The translations under genes and the position numbers were made by a program. From Nemertoderma westbladi (lineage: Eukaryota > Animalia > Xenacoelomorpha), in assembly GCA_032718475.1 (NCBI GenBank), contig JAUCBJ010007299.1, forward strand, positions 1-64,000: a stretch of DNA of 64,000 nucleotides, written 5' to 3'. Shown piece by piece: positions 35,901-47,376 of this stretch (positions are counted from its first letter, which is position 1; each line of letters opens with the position of its first letter). The notes beneath the pieces were generated by a model. That model was not told where the DNA came from, did not search any database, and saw nothing but the letters and a program-made list of their open reading frames with translations.

Positions 35901-36997
35901 CCCAGCCGTCTCTCGTCCACCCATTCGACCGCCGAAGCGGGAGTCGCCAACGTTGTAGCGGGCGGACGAGGGACAACGGGCGACAAATTATGAATATTTC
36001 GCTCGGGGTCCAGGACTTGAACTGTCTCCTGGGCAGTTCTACGGGGCACAGGTAGCTTAGTGCTATGCAGAGGGAATTTAGAGGTAACTTCAGGGAGTAC
36101 AGGTGTGTCTATCACCGAAGGGGTGATTTCGAGAACAGGCCTAATTATTTCAGGCTCATCTACTATAGTAGGGAGTCTTTCTATTTTAATTATTTGGTCT
36201 GTGGGTTCTGTACTGCCTAAGTTGGTGTTATTTAGTTGCCTTCTAACAGCTGGAGGCAAATCAGGCAATTTCTGACGGTGGAATGTTCTTTTACGTCTGC
36301 TTAGACGAGATCTATTTCCTTTGCCTTCAGTATCGGTGGTATCGCCTTCCTCAGATGATGTATAACCTTGTCTTTTGGGAGTAGATCGATTCATCATCTG
36401 CATATTACTAGCTGTTAACTGTTTATTTATGCAGTCTTGATTCTCTTGAAGATTTTCCAACTCCAGTTGGGTGATCTCTTCAGCCGCTCTCCGTTCTGCA
36501 TCCGCCACCGCTGCCGCTTTTGCCTCTGCCGCTGCCGCTTTTGCCTTTGCCTCGGCTTCTGCTGCTGCCGCTTTTGCCTTTGCCTTGGCTTCTGCTGCTG
36601 CCGCTTTTGCCTCTGCCACTGCTTCTGCCAAGGTCGCTTTTCTTTCTGCCTCTGCCACGGCTGCTATCTTTCTGTCTTCTATACGTTTTTTCTTTACTTG
36701 TTCTTCTTGGACTCGTGTGATGCGGAGTTGTTCATCAAATTTAGCCTGGTTCGCCGCTAACATTTCCGCATCGATGGCATCCAACACAAGCTTGGTTCCT
36801 TCACTATTAGGGCTAAGCCCCTCCAGCCTTCTCCTCAACTCTTCATCTCCTACAAAGCGTTGATAGTCTGACAGATAGATGTCAATAGCATCCCTCTTAT
36901 ACGGTTTCTCTGCTGTCACTTCGCTTTCTTCTTGAGAAGAAGTGGCGTCGGTTGATTCTTCATAGGTTGGCCGCTCATCATAAACCTTATCCACCAT
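32918..36997 (-). CDS. Gag-protease polyprotein of C; RT, most of RNase H and integrase deleted
   Basis: IVKFNGDEMKW, CVLCDGPHRLNVC, CYNCLRRGHQRRTC, CAKCGAKYHILLH, ALLDSGSTGTF, then a jump to the RNase H tail QWRYCPKKFNPTDIASRG. No YVDD or DDE motifs. Confidence 0.9.
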   Translation of the reverse strand: MVDKVYDERPTYEESTDATSSQEESEVTAEKPYKRDAIDIYLSDYQRFVGDEELRRRLEGLSPNSEGTKLVLDAIDAEMLAANQAKFDEQLRITRVQEEQVKKKRIEDRKIAAVAEAERKATLAEAVAEAKAAAAEAKAKAKAAAAEAEAKAKAAAAEAKAAAVADAERRAAEEITQLELENLQENQDCINKQLTASNMQMMNRSTPKRQGYTSSEEGDTTDTEGKGNRSRLSRRKRTFHRQKLPDLPPAVRRQLNNTNLGSTEPTDQIIKIERLPTIVDEPEIIRPVLEITPSVIDTPVLPEVTSKFPLHSTKLPVPRRTAQETVQVLDPERNIHNLSPVVPRPPATTLATPASAVEWVDERRLGMDLLLGQMQETVQQFKGTVRESRLELQEVQQSIALERDKLVNTQKSIPPPPVTMCQPVRSEVSHAQGVEPTRIYTASEIETPIVNPIKGNYKPVDNDISSRLDNNPRNLYTDNSLFNNTMAQESFTRQMARTEARQAVKVGEIVKFNGDEMKWLPFNEYYKDNIQNSVLSNGEKLRFLIECLEGSPKLMALKFIGHPDGLRQVWDTLNIRYGNRNNIARYLYAKLMAPRKFLSSGIIEFSDEIQEICRQLDWLGKSHEYQNSMVVGALASTLPKGGVGTRWDKKVLYMMERQRRDPTMADLMSFLDGEVKLQLLKLSREKTSENKVSEKPVSRRKVTPVCYTDDGESQTSQGEDSGKATDRSYYVNKMPKDQVSKSKSRPNDRREPVQKTPPTSPKRIQVRKPEERTSVHHTAQVKVSNIKPKCVLCDGPHRLNVCDEFLRKSLEDRREVMWDKRLCYNCLRRGHQRRTCYSDARCAKCGAKYHILLHTEFERSSPSQVSESEQLHVQFSDVNDTDQSSEMEGFYTDEFSDQNESCYLINTTAVYRALMYEKDTDSDLTLTTSDPQQSWKAPTSNVGIREFPVVQLRVHGPQKSYIVNALLDSGSTGTFIDKELAEDIFAGQPKFRTKLNMSGIMQVWKSAVAADYYIGELSTPQNKLGEHSIRSVKMVAIKNFATTQVEPYNWDEDDHAQQLNIPRFDTDYPGVQILIGQNAHEALETLEKRPAQPQPLQTYAVRTRVGWYLTGPSRRMLRERLLQDRVCQVSEWEDDTSEGDDPTEGTPYSSDNDDISSNVDQWRYCPKKFNPTDIASRGATPQELTDTTDRLGEPDFLSKEDEWPPHLTPTEIRPAKGAEKVKPKTRTGGSELFEPGIDLSVLHIARDDAVDLDLPTASGSFMKIRESDWSSGTSDVSQGLSPLLQGATDHYSSWNRLCKAVVYLERCFYRHYSRTKRKPGIVFGMQRLNHPVGRLCLPEGNGGLSGNCGRQDSLPTTTS

Positions 36998-37341
36998 CTT
37001 CGCTCCGCGTTCGGGCGCCCGCTCAACAGTATCCGAACTACTGGAGCTATCGGGCCGTTGAGAAGTAAGTTCTTGGCTCGCGGGTTGTTGCGGTCCGCTG
37101 CTTCTTGGTCCCGCTTGACCTGAGCTCGAGTGCCTATGATAGACCTACGATGTTGGACTAGCCTAGGGTCTGAGATTACTACAGTAGGGATGGCCTTTCT
37201 TACAGCAGGAGGTGACTTAGACTTGGATCTATGATGTTCTATACTTGGATCTGGGTCACTGATCTTTTTAAGACACTGTCTAACAGTCATTCTAACACTA
37301 TCTAGGAGACTATCCGACAGTGATTGGGTTGTGTCAGACAT
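36916..37341 (-). CDS. Probable true N-terminus of C gag (MSDTTQ...), frameshifted relative to the main ORF
   Basis: Overlaps the 1359-aa ORF, starts MSD like the gag of A/B, and has the same base composition. Confidence 0.5.
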   Translation of the reverse strand: MSDTTQSLSDSLLDSVRMTVRQCLKKISDPDPSIEHHRSKSKSPPAVRKAIPTVVISDPRLVQHRRSIIGTRAQVKRDQEAADRNNPRAKNLLLNGPIAPVVRILLSGRPNAERRWWIRFMMSGQPMKNQPTPLLLKKKAK

Positions 37342-38674
37342 GTTTGATGGTACAGTTGAATGCCTACTGCTATATTACAGTTAAAGCAAGTCTAGTAATT
37401 CAGTATCACTGTTAGCCTAGTAATTAATTACCGATACTGCTACTCAGTGTAGCGTGATATATATATAATATATTAGAATACCGGTATGCTTATAGTATAT
37501 ATATAAGTATTATTACAGACTAGATTTGTCCAGAGTACCGGTATATAATTTTAGCACAAATATATATAAATATATAATAGGCCTATCATGAATACCGGTA
37601 TGCAGTTTACACTTATAGTGTATATATATAAGTATAATTACAGACTAGAATTAATTACAGAGTACCGGTATGATTTCAACCTAAAATTTATAGAAATAAA
37701 TATAATAAGCCTATTGTAAATACCGGTATGTCAATTATTTTAAATAATTGAATTTCTGAATTTTAAGGGTTACTTGGTTACTTTAACTTACTTTATTACC
37801 GTTATTTAAGCAGTAGTCCAACTGATATTGAGACCTAATTGTTGTATGGCAGGCCTACTATTTATAAATCGTTTGAGTTGATTTATAATATATATATACC
37901 CGTTGAAATGGGTTTTTGTCAATGTTGAAATAAATGTTATTATTTCTGGGGGAGTCACTACACATAAGCTGTGCGCTCTCAGTGGAGTGCTACTTGTTAG
38001 ACACTAAAACAAATAATTCTAATTTACCTAAGTTACTTAATACTACAAATTACGTACAATTCGGGTTGAGATTACAATCTCTAAATAAACACAAAAATTT
38101 ACAAAAAACACAAATACGAATTTTTAGGGTAATTTTACAAGAAGTCTACAAACCAGCCTAACAAAGGGTTAGAAATCTGGTTATTACAACGGACAGGGTA
38201 CTGCGGTATTTGAAAATAATACGTAGTAGTAAATACACTGCGTTGTCCAGATAGGAAAATACCACCGCCTGACGACCTATAGCCGTATCGCTATAGGTAC
38301 TACGTTATGTATCACGGAGTGTTCCTACCTAGAAGTTAATAGAGCTAATCGAACGTGCCTATCAACCACTTTACAACACAAATATAATGCCTACACTAAT
38401 TACTTTCGGAAAGCACTGTACACTAAACCCTAAATTAGGTACGAGTACTTGTACAACATATAATCAGTAGTTAAATATACTTGAACAGCCAAAAGAACCA
38501 CGGTATCTGCTGGAGTGACCGATGCACAAAATCACCAGTCTTTACCTACGCCAAGCAGCCCGTGTAGTACCGGGGTTAATTTAACTATAGCGGTATGTAT
38601 AACAAACACAATTACTGTAGGAACAAACTTGGGGAATGAATGTTGCGAATAATCGCATAAACTCTGAATAATAA

Positions 38675-39245
38675 ATATTACGCTACGCGTACAGACCATT
38701 CAAACAAAATGCAGACCAAATACTGACAGACTACTATCAAGCCTAAACAAACTACGGTATATGCAGACTCCGAAATGATTAGGTAGTATGCGTTCTAACC
38801 CAGTAGTACGACTTGTTCTTTAATTGGGGGTTTACCTTACAGCATTCGCTGCCCCTACTTCCTAACCGTTCTTTATCGGACAAGTGATCTACACACGCTG
38901 CAATCCGTTCAGACCTAATAACAGCCAGACAACTATCCAGCCTACAAATTATCTAAATAAATATTATACGCTACCCGTACAGACTTACACAAACAAAGTA
39001 CAGACTCAACGATGGCAGACTACTCTCAAGCCTAAATAAACTACAGGACATGCAGACTCCGAAATGATTAGGTAGTATGCGTTCTAACCCAGTAGTACGA
39101 CTTATTCTTTAGTTGGGGGTTTACCTTACAGTATTGGCTGCCCCTACTTCCTAACCGTTCTTTATCGGACAGATGATCTACACACACTGCAATCCGTTCA
39201 GACTTAACAACAATCAGACAACAGCTCAGCCTACAAATTGTCTGT
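38675..39245. repeat. About 289-bp tandem duplication in the 5' UTR of C
   Basis: gcagactccgaaatgattaggtagtatgcg occurs at 38763 and 39052. Confidence 0.85.
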
Positions 39246-39512
39246 ACAATCTGATCAGGCTTACACGCCTTCTGTTCAATACTGGCCTACAAACAAATAA
39301 AACTTGACAGAAATAAGTAAAAATCTCAATAAAAAACCAGGGCGGGCCCTCCCTGATTAATTATTAAGGCCTACCGGTATATAATTATCAAAATCGAATA
39401 ATACTGCTGTACCTGTACTGCTGTAGGTACCGGTCCGGGTGGTTAGGTAGTCAGGCCTACTGGGTACCGGTTGCCGGTACTTCAGCTTTATTGCCTACTG
39501 CAATACAGAAGC

Positions 39513-39524
39513 TATATCCGTTAT
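39513..39524 (-). promoter_or_regulatory. Non-tRNA primer-binding site of C (ATAACGGATATA)
   Basis: Abuts the 5' LTR and is the exact complement of LTR-internal TATATCCGTTAT (40282-40271, minus). Confidence 0.75.
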
Positions 39525-40712
39525 TGTTCGCGCTTTCAGACCTTTGGCAGTTTAACCCGCCAAATTAGGATGTCTTCTAGATAATAATTCGCTTTTAGCC
39601 TATGACAAGTATTTGATTCATTACACTAGTCGAAACCAATCTGTGCGCGATCATTCACCCGCTGGATATACCCGGGAGATTGGGTTCGACGGCTTAATCG
39701 TATTGCTATGTAGGCCTAATGTATTATTCGACTGACAGTATTATATAATCTCTGACAATATTATTCACCTTCGGGAAATATTAACAGTTCCTTTTGGACA
39801 TGGCGCTCTATCTATATAAACAGAGCTATGACTTAAACTACATGCAACGATATGGCTTAGTTACAATTCACATATATGGCGCATTCTTTAGGAAATGCTT
39901 CGTTATCAGTCTCACTCATACACAATGCTGCACAATACTGCACACTGATCTGCCGATCTTCACTGATTTTAGTCACATATAAAAGGAACACGGACCGAAT
40001 CATGTAGGGTCTATCAAATAACATTAGATTCACTTCAAACCACTTTAACATAAGTCACAATCGTTATATGTAACCTTTCTCTCTTACCTTCGGTATATCA
40101 AGAATATTGGGTTTTCGGGGTTATTTATCGTTATTCCAAATATAATAATTCATCAACCATATTATAAAGAACTGACAGTAAATAGCAGTATAACAATATA
40201 AAAGTATGCACAGGTTGTTTGATTAGGTATGGTATGTTATGAGTTGAGGTATGTTTAGTTCATTAGTGTGATAACGGATATATGTCCTTATAATTAAGCC
40301 TACTAGTGTAAGACTAAAAACTGAAAACACGGAGGTGCCAAAAGCCGGTTCTTAGGCTCTGGGCAAAACATAACACTGAACTACTGAGTTTCTGTATACA
40401 CCTCCAACACAGAGACAACAAACGCTCTGATTGGTCAACCTGAACAACGAGAGAACAAAGAAACAAAGAAACGTCGACGTGGCAATATCAGCTGTTAGCC
40501 GTCGTCATGGTAGCGCCACTGTTTTCAAGAGTATCCAGCTATTGCGTCACGAAATTACGGATTATGTCCTTTAAAGTACACATACAGAAGAAATGACTTT
40601 TATGTCCTCTAAAACACCAGTACAGTAAGGACACGGCCTTTTTATGCCTGGTAAACCAACTACAGAGTACTTTACGGGAAAATAACCGGCTAATTACGCA
40701 AAAGCTTTTACA
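39525..40712 (-). repeat. 5' LTR of element C
   Basis: Direct repeat of 10823-12010; TG...CA termini. Confidence 0.95.
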
Positions 40713-41150
40713 ACTACTACTACTATCGGCATGCTGCATTGCAGCTGCATTATATAAATTACATATATATCAGGGATGATGTGCCGGCTTGTCGACAAAA
40801 TTGCGCCGCCACAACTCCCCATCACCCATGACATTTGCCAGATTATCCGTATCTTCAAAGCCAATTTCCTTTAAGAGACTTCTCAAGAAAGTCATGAGCT
40901 AATACATAAATGCAACATTATTGTGAACAATAAGATCCCACTATATGCGGAAATACATAATATCGGCCAAATAAATTGGATGTATTGGCGTCTGGCCCTG
41001 CAACGAAACACCTCCACAGATCGTGATCAACATGTAACTCCCCCTTATCAGGACTTGTCGTATAGCTGCATTTCGGGAATTTCAATGCTGACCATCTCGT
41101 TTCCTTTCGCGAGCCCTCTGCAATAGACGAGCTCAAGCACGGATTTATCA
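40713..41150 (-). mobile_element. Possible decayed LINE (RTE-like) 3' ends with a (TAG)n tail
   Basis: Fragments TFLRSLLKEIGFEDTDNLANVMGDGELWRRNFV and DHDLWRCFV resemble the DRxxWRxxV C-terminus. A TAG microsatellite follows. Confidence 0.35.
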
Positions 41151-42192
41151 TTTCTACAGTGGCTGGTCAATCACTTCTGTAGTACTAGTGAGATTGTACA
41201 AGCGTCATTTGTAAAGTGAGGATTGTATTTTATATGCCATGAACCTCGTGCAGCATCCTGGTGGTGTTTGTACCGTAAAGGAATCTGGCGTCTTCTACAC
41301 TGATAACCCAATAGGGACTGCCATCTATTATTGCCCAAACTCTACTGCTGCCGGAATAATTTCCTTGCCCTTTCGTGATCGAATTCTTCAACAGATCTCC
41401 GAATCCAAGATTCTAGACAGGATAAGTCATGACGATTTATACGACGAGCCATCCTACAAATGAACATACTAGACTGGACAAAATGTATACTAATTATACT
41501 ACCATTCACAGGTGGTATTGACGAACCGTTAGGTCACTGACTTTAATGACTTTCTGTTGTAGTAATACTAGTAGTAAGAATAATTTTGAATGGACAGAGT
41601 CCTAGAGATTCCGGGTGATGCCATTAGGATTGGGATCTAAAAATAGTCAAACGAAAAGTCACATAGGCACAATGATGAAGACATATATTATTATTGTTTA
41701 TGTAGGGAAAGCCACATACTAGTATTATTAAAGACGTATTGCATTGTTTCCAGTTACTTATGAGATAAACAAAATGTATCCAGAATATGATGTATTAGAA
41801 TAAAATAGCATTGTGTGCAAAATCACGTTATTCCTCAAAGGAAATTCAGATTGTGTTACATACTTGGAATCCTTGCACGGCCAGCTTTCTAGCATTAGCA
41901 ACAAATCACTATAAGGGTGAAGAAGAATTACCGCGGCGTAACAAGTGCAACATCGGCGGAGACACCTTTTTCAAACGCTTTTAGCTAAAATAAAAATTAT
42001 GACTCTCCCACGGAGGCAGAGTGCAACTATATCTGTCTCAAATTTCATGTAATCTACTTAAGATTTGTAGAAAAAATTGGTGGGGGGGGGGGGGGGGGGG
42101 GGGCACATGTACCCTAATTACGACACTATATTAGGATGTGGTGTATACGTACAAATGCTCATACAAAAATTGTCATATAATGCGTTTCTAAC

Positions 42193-42601
42193 CTGGCTGT
42201 ATTACTAATGCAAACAGCATGCCCTCTCCAACACTGATCAGAGCAGTTGATAGATAGTAAATGGCAATTCTAGAACCAATGAATCCAGATTGACCGGGAG
42301 CAAATGAAGCACAGGCCGATATAATATTGGAAACGAGCAAGGGCAAAATGATTAACTGGAGGGCACGGAGCAGGACTTCGCCAGGGAATGAAAGGTAAAT
42401 GATCTGTCGGTCAGTAATGTTGGAAAAATAGCGAACAATGAGTCCCATTGCTATACCGATACCGATTCCACACATTGTCAGCACCAACATCAAATTCCGT
42501 TGAACCATTTCGGAAAAGTAATCTAGTCTACTCTTCCTAACTGCACTCTTCTTAGTTTCGCTTTCATTGTTGGATTCCACCAACTTCTCAATATCGGACA
42601 T
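42193..42601 (-). CDS. SLC1A/EAAT-family transporter, coding exon 1
   Basis: YLSFPGEVLLRALQLIILPLLVSNII and AIYYLSTALIS..LVIQPG (TM1-3). Donor gttaga; gccaccATG context. Confidence 0.93.
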
Positions 42602-43072
42602 GGTGGCGGAGTATTTTATTATAATAACAAATTGTTATGTATCAATAAACGTTATTGAAAACGTTTATATAATTTCCTTATTGATGTGATAATTAATTAA
42701 ATGTTTCAAATTGATTCGAATATATAATTATTTCCATTGGTTTCCATAATCAAATACAAATCCCGATACCTAGGTTTTAGTAAAATAAAATGAAAAAATG
42801 TAGGCCTACTATAAATTAGTAATAATATAATTGAAAAAAGGTGTCGTCAATTATAGAACAATGTACCATATAGCTCCTACATAGGATTGAGCTAATTTAA
42901 TGTTTATATCTATAAATTATATTTAATAAACTATTTTTGGAGACACACCTCTTAGTTTTTGGAAGATTACAAGAGTTTTGTTTGTATATGAATTGAAATT
43001 ATACTTATATACAAAATGTATTATGTATGAATAAAAATTATGAAATTAATGAAAATTATGAATATTATGTAA

Positions 43073-43292
43073 TTTAATTAAAATGTATAAATTATTAAAA
43101 TGTATTAATTATTAAAATGTATTAATTATTAAAATGTATTAATTATTAAAATGTATTAATTATCAAAATGTATTAATTATTAAAATGTATTAATTATTAA
43201 AATGTATTAATTGTTAAAATGTATTAATTATTAAAATGTATTAATTATTAAAATGCATTAATTATTAAAATGAATTAATTATTAAAATGTAT
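43073..43292. repeat. 17-bp AT-rich tandem repeat (aattattaaaatgtatt), about 12-13 copies
   Basis: Direct inspection. Confidence 0.9.
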
Positions 43293-44007
43293 GTACTAGT
43301 AAGTTCTCATCTCATAATATTTTTCATGGAAGAAAATGAAATTTGAATTTCCTGCAAATTTTATTTAGATATTTTCAAAAAAAGAGGTACAATTTTCCAA
43401 AATGTAACTACTATTTACTACTATAACTATTTTGCAATCAATTCGTTTGAAATTCTCAGTGAATGGTATATACACACAATATTGATCATTAAAACTTGTA
43501 GACTTAATTTTGAAATTTTGATTAAAAGTGTAATGTTATCTAAAAAATAAAATAATTTTAAATTAAATTAAAATTTAATTTTTAAATTATTAGTCCAAAA
43601 CATAACTACACTCAAAATTTCAAAATTTTGCCTACAATTCAAAAGTTCATATAACACACGTTATTGATCAGATAACACACGTTATTGTTCAGATACAATT
43701 TTGTCTACTAGTTTTAATGTTTGATATGTCAAGACTATTCACTGAAAATTTCAAACTAATTGATTTAAATATGATGGAGTAAAATCTGAGTAAAATGCAT
43801 TTAGTTGGACCTTCCCGGACAGAATCGTCTGTCTCTATGTGATTGCCAATATGAATAATTAATTAAAATTATAATAGTGATTTATGAATGTTATTATTGA
43901 AGCATTAGATAATTGGGTAGATAAAGGGTCTTCTTTCCCGCTAATTTAAATAAATGGTGATTACTGATGCATTTCTCCCTTAACGGGCTTCTTCAGAGTA
44001 ATTTAAA

Positions 44008-44089
44008 ATTTAAAATAATAACAACACACAACCGCAACCGGTATCTAGCTTGATACCGGTTGCGGTTGTGTGTTGTTATTATTTTAAAT
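44008..44089. repeat. 82-bp near-perfect palindrome
   Basis: 38-bp arms atttaaaataataacaacacacaaccgcaaccggtatc and its reverse complement around a tagctt centre. Confidence 0.9.
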
Positions 44090-45397
44090 CCCACAAACAC
44101 ACACATTCTAAGGTAAAATGTTCATTGTGGGTTTTTCGGGGTCGCTGATTTCCTGATGCAGTTTTAATGTTTGGCAAAATCTAGTCTGCCTGATGTCAGG
44201 AAACGCATATTTTCGGAAAAATAAAATATTAATTTTATTTAACATGCCATGTTGTAAAATCGTAATACCTCCAAAACGAAACATATTAAGATGACATAAC
44301 TTACATATTCGGAATCGCCATTAAATTCTGCAAAAAAATCGACCAAAATAATGTTTTTTATTTTTTTATCCTATAAAATGTAAATCCCCCCTTAAATTCA
44401 TTGCTTCTCTAGAGCTGCTTCCTGTAGCTATTATTTTTATTTATATTTGGATGGCTTAGGTACTTGCTTTGTGTTACTTTTTGTATATAGAATTTGTTCA
44501 ATGTAGTATAACATCTTATTAAAATTGACGTAAATCTTCAATTTGTGCCACATTTGTAAAGTTCTTTTACAATTATATAATAGTATATCAATTATATAAT
44601 GTATACTAGACCACCATTATTGTGCTTTTTGAGGAATGCAACGCTGCATGTAAATGCCCTATGGACCTTGGATATAGGATAGATTATATCTCAGAGGCGC
44701 TTTGGGTTGCCCTGGAGTTTATGTCACACGATCACTGTTCACGGATCAATTTACTTTCCTTATCTAAAATATTTTTATTTAATGCTGCCTTGAAATCATG
44801 GGTCAAAATTCAAACCATTTGGGGGTTAACATAGTTAATTATCTATTGCTAATTATCAAGAAATTCAACAGCTTTATTTGTTCTTATCACATATAAACAT
44901 TAATTAATATACTCTTACTTATACTTCAATACACTGTTTGAAAGCAGTTCATTGAGACTCACCCACCCCACCATCACTATAAGTTTGTTGTCCTCACAGT
45001 AATTGGTTAAAATAATCATGTGAGCTATTATTACGTGGTTCCAAATTCCATGTCTACTAAGTTAATCATAAATTAACTTGATGCGACATCAGACAATATT
45101 GTTTTTTTAGTTTGTTCACAGGCAAAGTTATAGTAACTCCACAGGCAAAGTTATAGTAACTCCTGTTTTTCCATTGGCAATTTTTTTTGTTTTATTGGTT
45201 CTGATGTGTGATAAATTATATATCTTATGTAGTTAATAATATCTTTTTATAATAGTTTAGTAAGGATTGGTCGTTGGTTGTGTCATTTTAATTTAAATAA
45301 ACAGTGGTATTGTCATTTGGTATTTTTCACTGTTACCTTAGGCTTGGATTATAAGATGAAATACACATAATTTAGGTATCTTGATATCTATAACATA

Positions 45398-46003
45398 ATG
45401 CAAGCTCCTACACCTAGCAAAGGGGCTCAGGTACGCCCTGGCAGGAGTGATGGCAGATTCATTCGTCACGGAAGTACGGACTTCCCACGCATTGACATTA
45501 ATAACGATCGCCCTCTTTCTGGTGGATTCGTGTCTACTGAGAGAGATTCTAAACTATCCCGATACGGGAGTCTGGAGTTCCCTCGTATTGGTAGTAAGAG
45601 CGATCGTCGACTTTCTGGTGGATACGAAGCTGCATTGGCTACCGATAGTGATAATAAGAAATTTATAAGACAGGGTAGTATGGACTTTCCTCGTTTTGAA
45701 TGCAAGTCTAATGTAAGTCGCAAGCTTTCAGGTGGAGCACTGTCTCCATTAGCTGTCGGGAGTTCAAGTGGTGGGTCATTTCATTACACCAGTAGTGATG
45801 GTAACACAGTGCCCACAGTGAGAAAAACGGATTCCCTGACATCGCAGGGAGATTCCGAGGATCCTGATGGAATTGAGATACGATTTCGTTCAGGCAGTAC
45901 GGATTACCCAAACCAACGTCAAGATGGAGTGCAGCCAGAACCACCAGTACCTGTTGATGTCGACGACTCACATTGCAACAAATTAGATCAAGACAATCCA
46001 TGA
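45398..46003 (+). CDS. Hypothetical 201-aa disordered protein with repeated RxGSx[DE][FY]P and RxLSGG motifs
   Basis: GC-richer open frame in AT-rich DNA. Repeats are conserved at protein level while diverged in DNA. ataATG context like TBCCD1. Confidence 0.55.
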   Translation: MQAPTPSKGAQVRPGRSDGRFIRHGSTDFPRIDINNDRPLSGGFVSTERDSKLSRYGSLEFPRIGSKSDRRLSGGYEAALATDSDNKKFIRQGSMDFPRFECKSNVSRKLSGGALSPLAVGSSSGGSFHYTSSDGNTVPTVRKTDSLTSQGDSEDPDGIEIRFRSGSTDYPNQRQDGVQPEPPVPVDVDDSHCNKLDQDNP

Positions 46004-46409
46004 AATGTTATCGTATTGATAACTCAATGATTGGGATGAGTTAATAACTCTATTGTTTTGTTGTTTATAGATTTTATTTTTTGCTGTTGTATCGTATTTG
46101 GTCTATTAATTGTTAATGTTGTTTTTATACTGTTGTATCGTATTTGGTCTATTAATTGGTAATGGTGTTGAAAATAATGGTATATCACCCTTAATTTTAG
46201 ATATTTGTGATTTGTGCGGTCTGCAACATTATGACAGTGACTAAGGATGCATTTTGCAAGTGTGGTACCATGTATTCTCGACTTTTCTTGTGAGATAATA
46301 TTAATTACCCTTCCACCCACCTTTATATATCCCTCAATCTCAAAAATCAATATAATAATAATTATACAGAAACATATGGGTGAAGCCACAGACCATTGAC
46401 CAAATGACC

Positions 46410-47376
46410 ATGCATTGCCAGCCTGCTCCACAGCATATCAACTGCGACCACTCACGGTCACCCATGTTACTCTACAATATGCATTGCCAGCCTGCTCCAC
46501 AGCCTATCAACTGCGACCACTCACGGTCACCCATGTTACTCCACAATATGCATTGCCAGCCTGCTCCATAGCATATCAACTTCGATCACTCACGGTCACC
46601 CATGTTACTCCTCAATATACATTGCCAGCCTGCTCCACAGCATATCAACTGGGATCACTCACGGTCACCCATGTTACTCCACAATATGCATTGCCAGCCT
46701 GCTCCACAACATATCAACTGCGATCACTCACGGTCACCCATGTTACTCCTCAATATACATTGCCAGCCTGCTCCACAACATATCAACTGCGATCACTCAC
46801 GGTCACCCATGTTACTCCTCAATATACATTGCCAGCCTGCTCCACAACATATCAACTGCGATTACTCACGGTCACCCATGTTACTCCACAATATACATTG
46901 CCAGCCTGCTCCACAGCATATCAACTGCGATCACTCACGGTCACCCATGTTACTCCTCAATATACATTGCCAGCCTGCTCCACAGCATATCAACTGGGAT
47001 CACTCAAGGTCACCCATGTTACTCCACAATATGCATTGCCAGCCTGCTCCACAACATATCAACTGCGACCACTCACGGTCACCCATGTTACTCCACAATA
47101 TGCATTGCCAGCCTGCTCCACAGCATATCAACTGCGATCACTCACGGTCACCCATGTTACTCCACAATATGCATTGCCAGCCTGCTCCACAACATATCAA
47201 CTGCGACCACTCACGGTCACCCATGTTACTCCACAATATGCATTGCCAGCCTGCTCCACAGCATATAAACTGCGATCACTCACGGTCACCCATGTTACTC
47301 CACAATATGCATTGCCAGCCTGCTCCGCAATGTATAAACTGTGATCACTCTCGATCATCCATGTTACTCCACAATT
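46410..47376. repeat. 69-bp minisatellite, about 14 copies
   Basis: Unit tgcattgccagcctgctccacagcatatcaactgcgatcactcacggtcacccatgttactccacaata. Confidence 0.95.

Larger units (their letters stand above)
10823..40712 (-). mobile_element. BEL/Pao LTR retrotransposon, element C (second family; non-autonomous; hosts element B)
   Basis: Two 1188-bp TG...CA LTRs. 5-bp TSD ACTAC (10818-10822, 40713-40717). PPT GGGAGCGG (12011-12018, minus). Pao-type gag-protease ORF. Confidence 0.95.
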
